From positions 7,777-71,776 of the forward strand of contig JAUWGE010000005.1 in the NCBI GenBank assembly GCA_030606565.1: 64,000 bases of DNA, read 5' to 3'. The position numbers and the translations under genes were made by a program. Source of the stretch: Candidatus Bipolaricaulota bacterium. Lineage in GTDB: Bacteria; Bipolaricaulota; Bipolaricaulia; UBA7950; UBA9294. Below the pieces are notes generated by a model. The model did no database searches and was not told the DNA's origin. It saw nothing but the letters and a program-made list of their open reading frames with translations. Each line of letters begins with the position of its first letter. Position 1 is the stretch's first letter. Of this stretch, positions 61,800 to 64,000 are shown in pieces.

Positions 61800-63032
61800 T
61801 CACAAGGGAGCGGCCGGCTCGAGGCGTGGGCCGAGTACTTGCTGCACGAACTTCCCCTGGGACTGATCAGCAGCGATGATGTGGCAAAGCTCCTCTTCCA
61901 CCGACTCTGTCAGGCCAAGGCGTTCAGCCGCAGCAAGTGCCAGGTCGAACGGCGTGGTGACATCCTCGTCGGTGATATCATACCCCCAGTCCGCTGCAAG
62001 CCAGCGCAAGGAGGCGATCGCCGCACCGAGGGCAAAACGGGTATTGCTCTCAAGATAGTCCCTTGCCGCTCGGTTGAGCGTCTTTGGGTCGCAGGGGCTG
62101 CGTGATACAAGTTCCAGCGCCAGATCGTAGCGGCCGATCTGCTTCGCCGTGGCGAACCACTTACCTTCTTTACCAGGGGTTGATGCTATCAGATCGTCGA
62201 GGATCTCACCCTTATCCTTCATCGGATACTGCTTAGCGATCTCTCTAAACCAGGCAAGATAGGTATTCCCGCCGTGAGCGGTGAGGGCATAGCGTTGGTA
62301 CGCCTCTTCGTCGCGCCCGGCAGAGAGGAGGATCTGTTCACAGGTTCGATCGATCTCTTCATCCGGCATGTTCAGGCCACGCGAGGCTTCCGCATACGCA
62401 AGCGCCTCGTCCTTCTTATCGAGTGCTAGCAGGGCCTCGACCCCGAAGCGACGATAGGGCCAGAAGGAGGGCCGATCCAGTTCCAAGAGATCGAGGAGCT
62501 CCTGATACCGCCCCGCCGTAAGCAGACAGGAGAGACACGCTGTGCTCCCGTGAAAGTAGCTACCAGGCTCGGGATCGGTCCAGGCCCAGCGCACGAGGGT
62601 AATCAATTGGTTTGCCCATGTCGAGGCGACATCTTTTGATCCGCAAAGCTCTCCCCATCGATCCCCAACCGGATCAAGGTAGCCCACTCCGTCCTCCTCC
62701 TTAGCCTTCCATAACCGGTCGAGCCACCTGTCCCGTGTCTTCCGATCCGCAGGAGCATCGATCAGGATCGGGAGCAGAGCCTGCAGCGTTCGATAGACCG
62801 CCGCCCCCAGGGCCCCGGAGGAACCGTCCACGGCTTCCAGCGCGGGCCACAGCTTCTCCATCAGCCGGACCGCGCCATCAGCAGCATACACTAGATCCTT
62901 CCTTGAAACCTTCTTGATCTCGGAGACCGCCTCACGCAGGCGTTGACAGGCCAGCCGCGACGCTTTCCAACCGAACTGCCGCACCCGAAAACGGGCTGGG
63001 AAGACCCACTTATGTTTGCTTGGTGGTATCAT
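61800..63032 (-). CDS. Hypothetical alpha-helical (TPR-like) protein
   Basis: Uninterrupted 410-aa ORF with helical-repeat character; no catalytic motif recognised. Confidence 0.7.
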   Translation of the reverse strand: MIPPSKHKWVFPARFRVRQFGWKASRLACQRLREAVSEIKKVSRKDLVYAADGAVRLMEKLWPALEAVDGSSGALGAAVYRTLQALLPILIDAPADRKTRDRWLDRLWKAKEEDGVGYLDPVGDRWGELCGSKDVASTWANQLITLVRWAWTDPEPGSYFHGSTACLSCLLTAGRYQELLDLLELDRPSFWPYRRFGVEALLALDKKDEALAYAEASRGLNMPDEEIDRTCEQILLSAGRDEEAYQRYALTAHGGNTYLAWFREIAKQYPMKDKGEILDDLIASTPGKEGKWFATAKQIGRYDLALELVSRSPCDPKTLNRAARDYLESNTRFALGAAIASLRWLAADWGYDITDEDVTTPFDLALAAAERLGLTESVEEELCHIIAADQSQGKFVQQVLGPRLEPAAPL

Positions 63033-63112
63033 CCTCGTTCTCTCGACTGCGATCGTATGTCAGTTTCACCGGAGCATCTCCTTTACCCTGTTGCCTCATC
63101 GACCAGGCACCT

Positions 63113-63334
63113 TCAGGTTGCAACCTGGTAGATCACTGGCTTGTATTTGGGCTGTGGGATAGGTTTACCCGCAGCGCGGGCTGCCTCAAGCCATATTGCT
63201 TTTGCGATTTCTGCTTCTCTCAGCGCTTCCCCTGGAGTTTTTCCGAAAGCTGAGCAGGCTTCCAAGTCAGGGATATCAGCGATGTAGCCGCCGTCTTCTT
63301 CGCTGTAAAAGATATTGATGTGATAATCTTTCAC
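63113..63334 (-). CDS. hicB: HicB family antitoxin
   Basis: YSEEDGGYIADIPDL..CSAFGKTPGEAL..A...WLE..G..IPQP. Confidence 0.88.
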   Translation of the reverse strand: MKDYHINIFYSEEDGGYIADIPDLEACSAFGKTPGEALREAEIAKAIWLEAARAAGKPIPQPKYKPVIYQVAT

Positions 63335-63343
63335 TGCTCACCT

Positions 63344-63427
63344 CTAAAAACGAGGTCTCAGCCTAGCTTGTTTGCATAGCCCATTCTGCTCAAGATATGC
63401 GACCAGATCACGGCGTTTAACCGACAT
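63344..63427 (-). pseudogene. hicA: HicA toxin with an in-frame internal deletion
   Basis: MSVKRRDLVAYLEQNG|LCKQARLRPRF*: HicA N- and C-termini without the core carrying the catalytic His. Confidence 0.75.
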
Positions 63428-63428
63428 T

Positions 63429-63647
63429 CTATGTCTCGATCGCGACCTGCTCGAAGAGAGCTCCTCCAAGTGGAATCTCTCTGCCTTGTTGGCGATAAGC
63501 TAAGAGCATTTCGCGCAACGCGTCCTTGAGCAGTTCCCTGCACTCCTCCAGGGTTTGACCTTCAGTGACCACTTCGGGCCATTCGACCAATTGCCCCATG
63601 TAACCGGAACTGATCTTTGTGTACTTGGCAGTGTAAGTACTAGGCAT
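63429..63647 (-). CDS. hicB: HicB family antitoxin
   Basis: GYMGQLVEWPEVVTEGQTLEECRELLKDAL. Confidence 0.85.
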   Translation of the reverse strand: MPSTYTAKYTKISSGYMGQLVEWPEVVTEGQTLEECRELLKDALREMLLAYRQQGREIPLGGALFEQVAIET

Positions 63648-63780
63648 GATTGTTCCTCCCCCCTCTATACCCCTGAGCCTGGTTCATGATTATAGCACGA
63701 TGTACCACCTGTTTGCTGGCTCTTCGATGGTGAGCGTTGCTTAAAGGTACGGAAATTCAAAAATCGAGATCAGGCACGGC

Positions 63781-64000
63781 CTATTTATAGACTACCTCTT
63801 TGCTGTCTCTGATGGACTTAAGGAAGTAGCGGTTTCTTATGGCGCTCCGCATCACAAGGTCGACAGGGCGACCGAATAGCCTTTGCAGAGCACTGAGCAG
63901 ACCGAAGTAGTTATCGGCATATTCCCCGGCGTGCAATGGCAGGAACTCAACGATGAAATCGAGATCGCTTGCCTGATTGTCAAACTCCCCACCTGCTACT
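63781..64000 (-). CDS. Minimal nucleotidyltransferase (MNT antitoxin), 5' end outside window
   Basis: Hand translation ...EFDNQASDLDFIVEF..ADNYFGL..LQRLFGRPVDLV..IRNRYF..VVYK*. Confidence 0.85.
   Translation of the reverse strand, partial: VAGGEFDNQASDLDFIVEFLPLHAGEYADNYFGLLSALQRLFGRPVDLVMRSAIRNRYFLKSIRDSKEVVYK

Noticed and set aside
59782..64000. Island integrated at the tmRNA 3' end
   Set aside because: No duplicate of the ssrA 3' end and no integrase within the window

Overview
64 kb of a bacterial chromosome, roughly 55-60% GC by eye. It looks like an anaerobic diderm; the gene style suggests Ca. Bipolaricaulota/Acetothermia, but that is inference only. The housekeeping backbone holds a peptide ABC transporter, an IDH/IPMDH-family enzyme with PrpD, aldehyde:ferredoxin oxidoreductase, gyrB, murE, coaE, nadE, CIRCE-preceded hsp20, HU, glnA, a NuoE-NuoF-(NuoG/GltD fusion) operon, dinB, prsW, cdsA-uppS-folC-valS-ndk-dprA, comEC and tmRNA. 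Three accessory zones stand out. (1) 27.3-33.7 kb: an integron gene-cassette array with no integrase in view, including a chimeric attC, plus a separate family of about 25-bp att-like half-sites (consensus AGTTCAAAACTCGTCCNGNAAGGT) that delimit unrelated cargo genes. (2) 47.7-48.2 kb: a 416-bp non-autonomous element with 26-bp TIRs, subterminal repeats and a 7-bp target duplication. (3) 61-64 kb: a toxin-antitoxin cluster whose HicA carries an in-frame deletion. Other oddities are a tmRNA tag apparently ending PSLN rather than AA, ValRS with HIGN/KMSSS signatures, GyrB with EGPSA, MurE with DNPK, and many deletion-type gene remnants. All calls come from reading motifs; no database searches were run.
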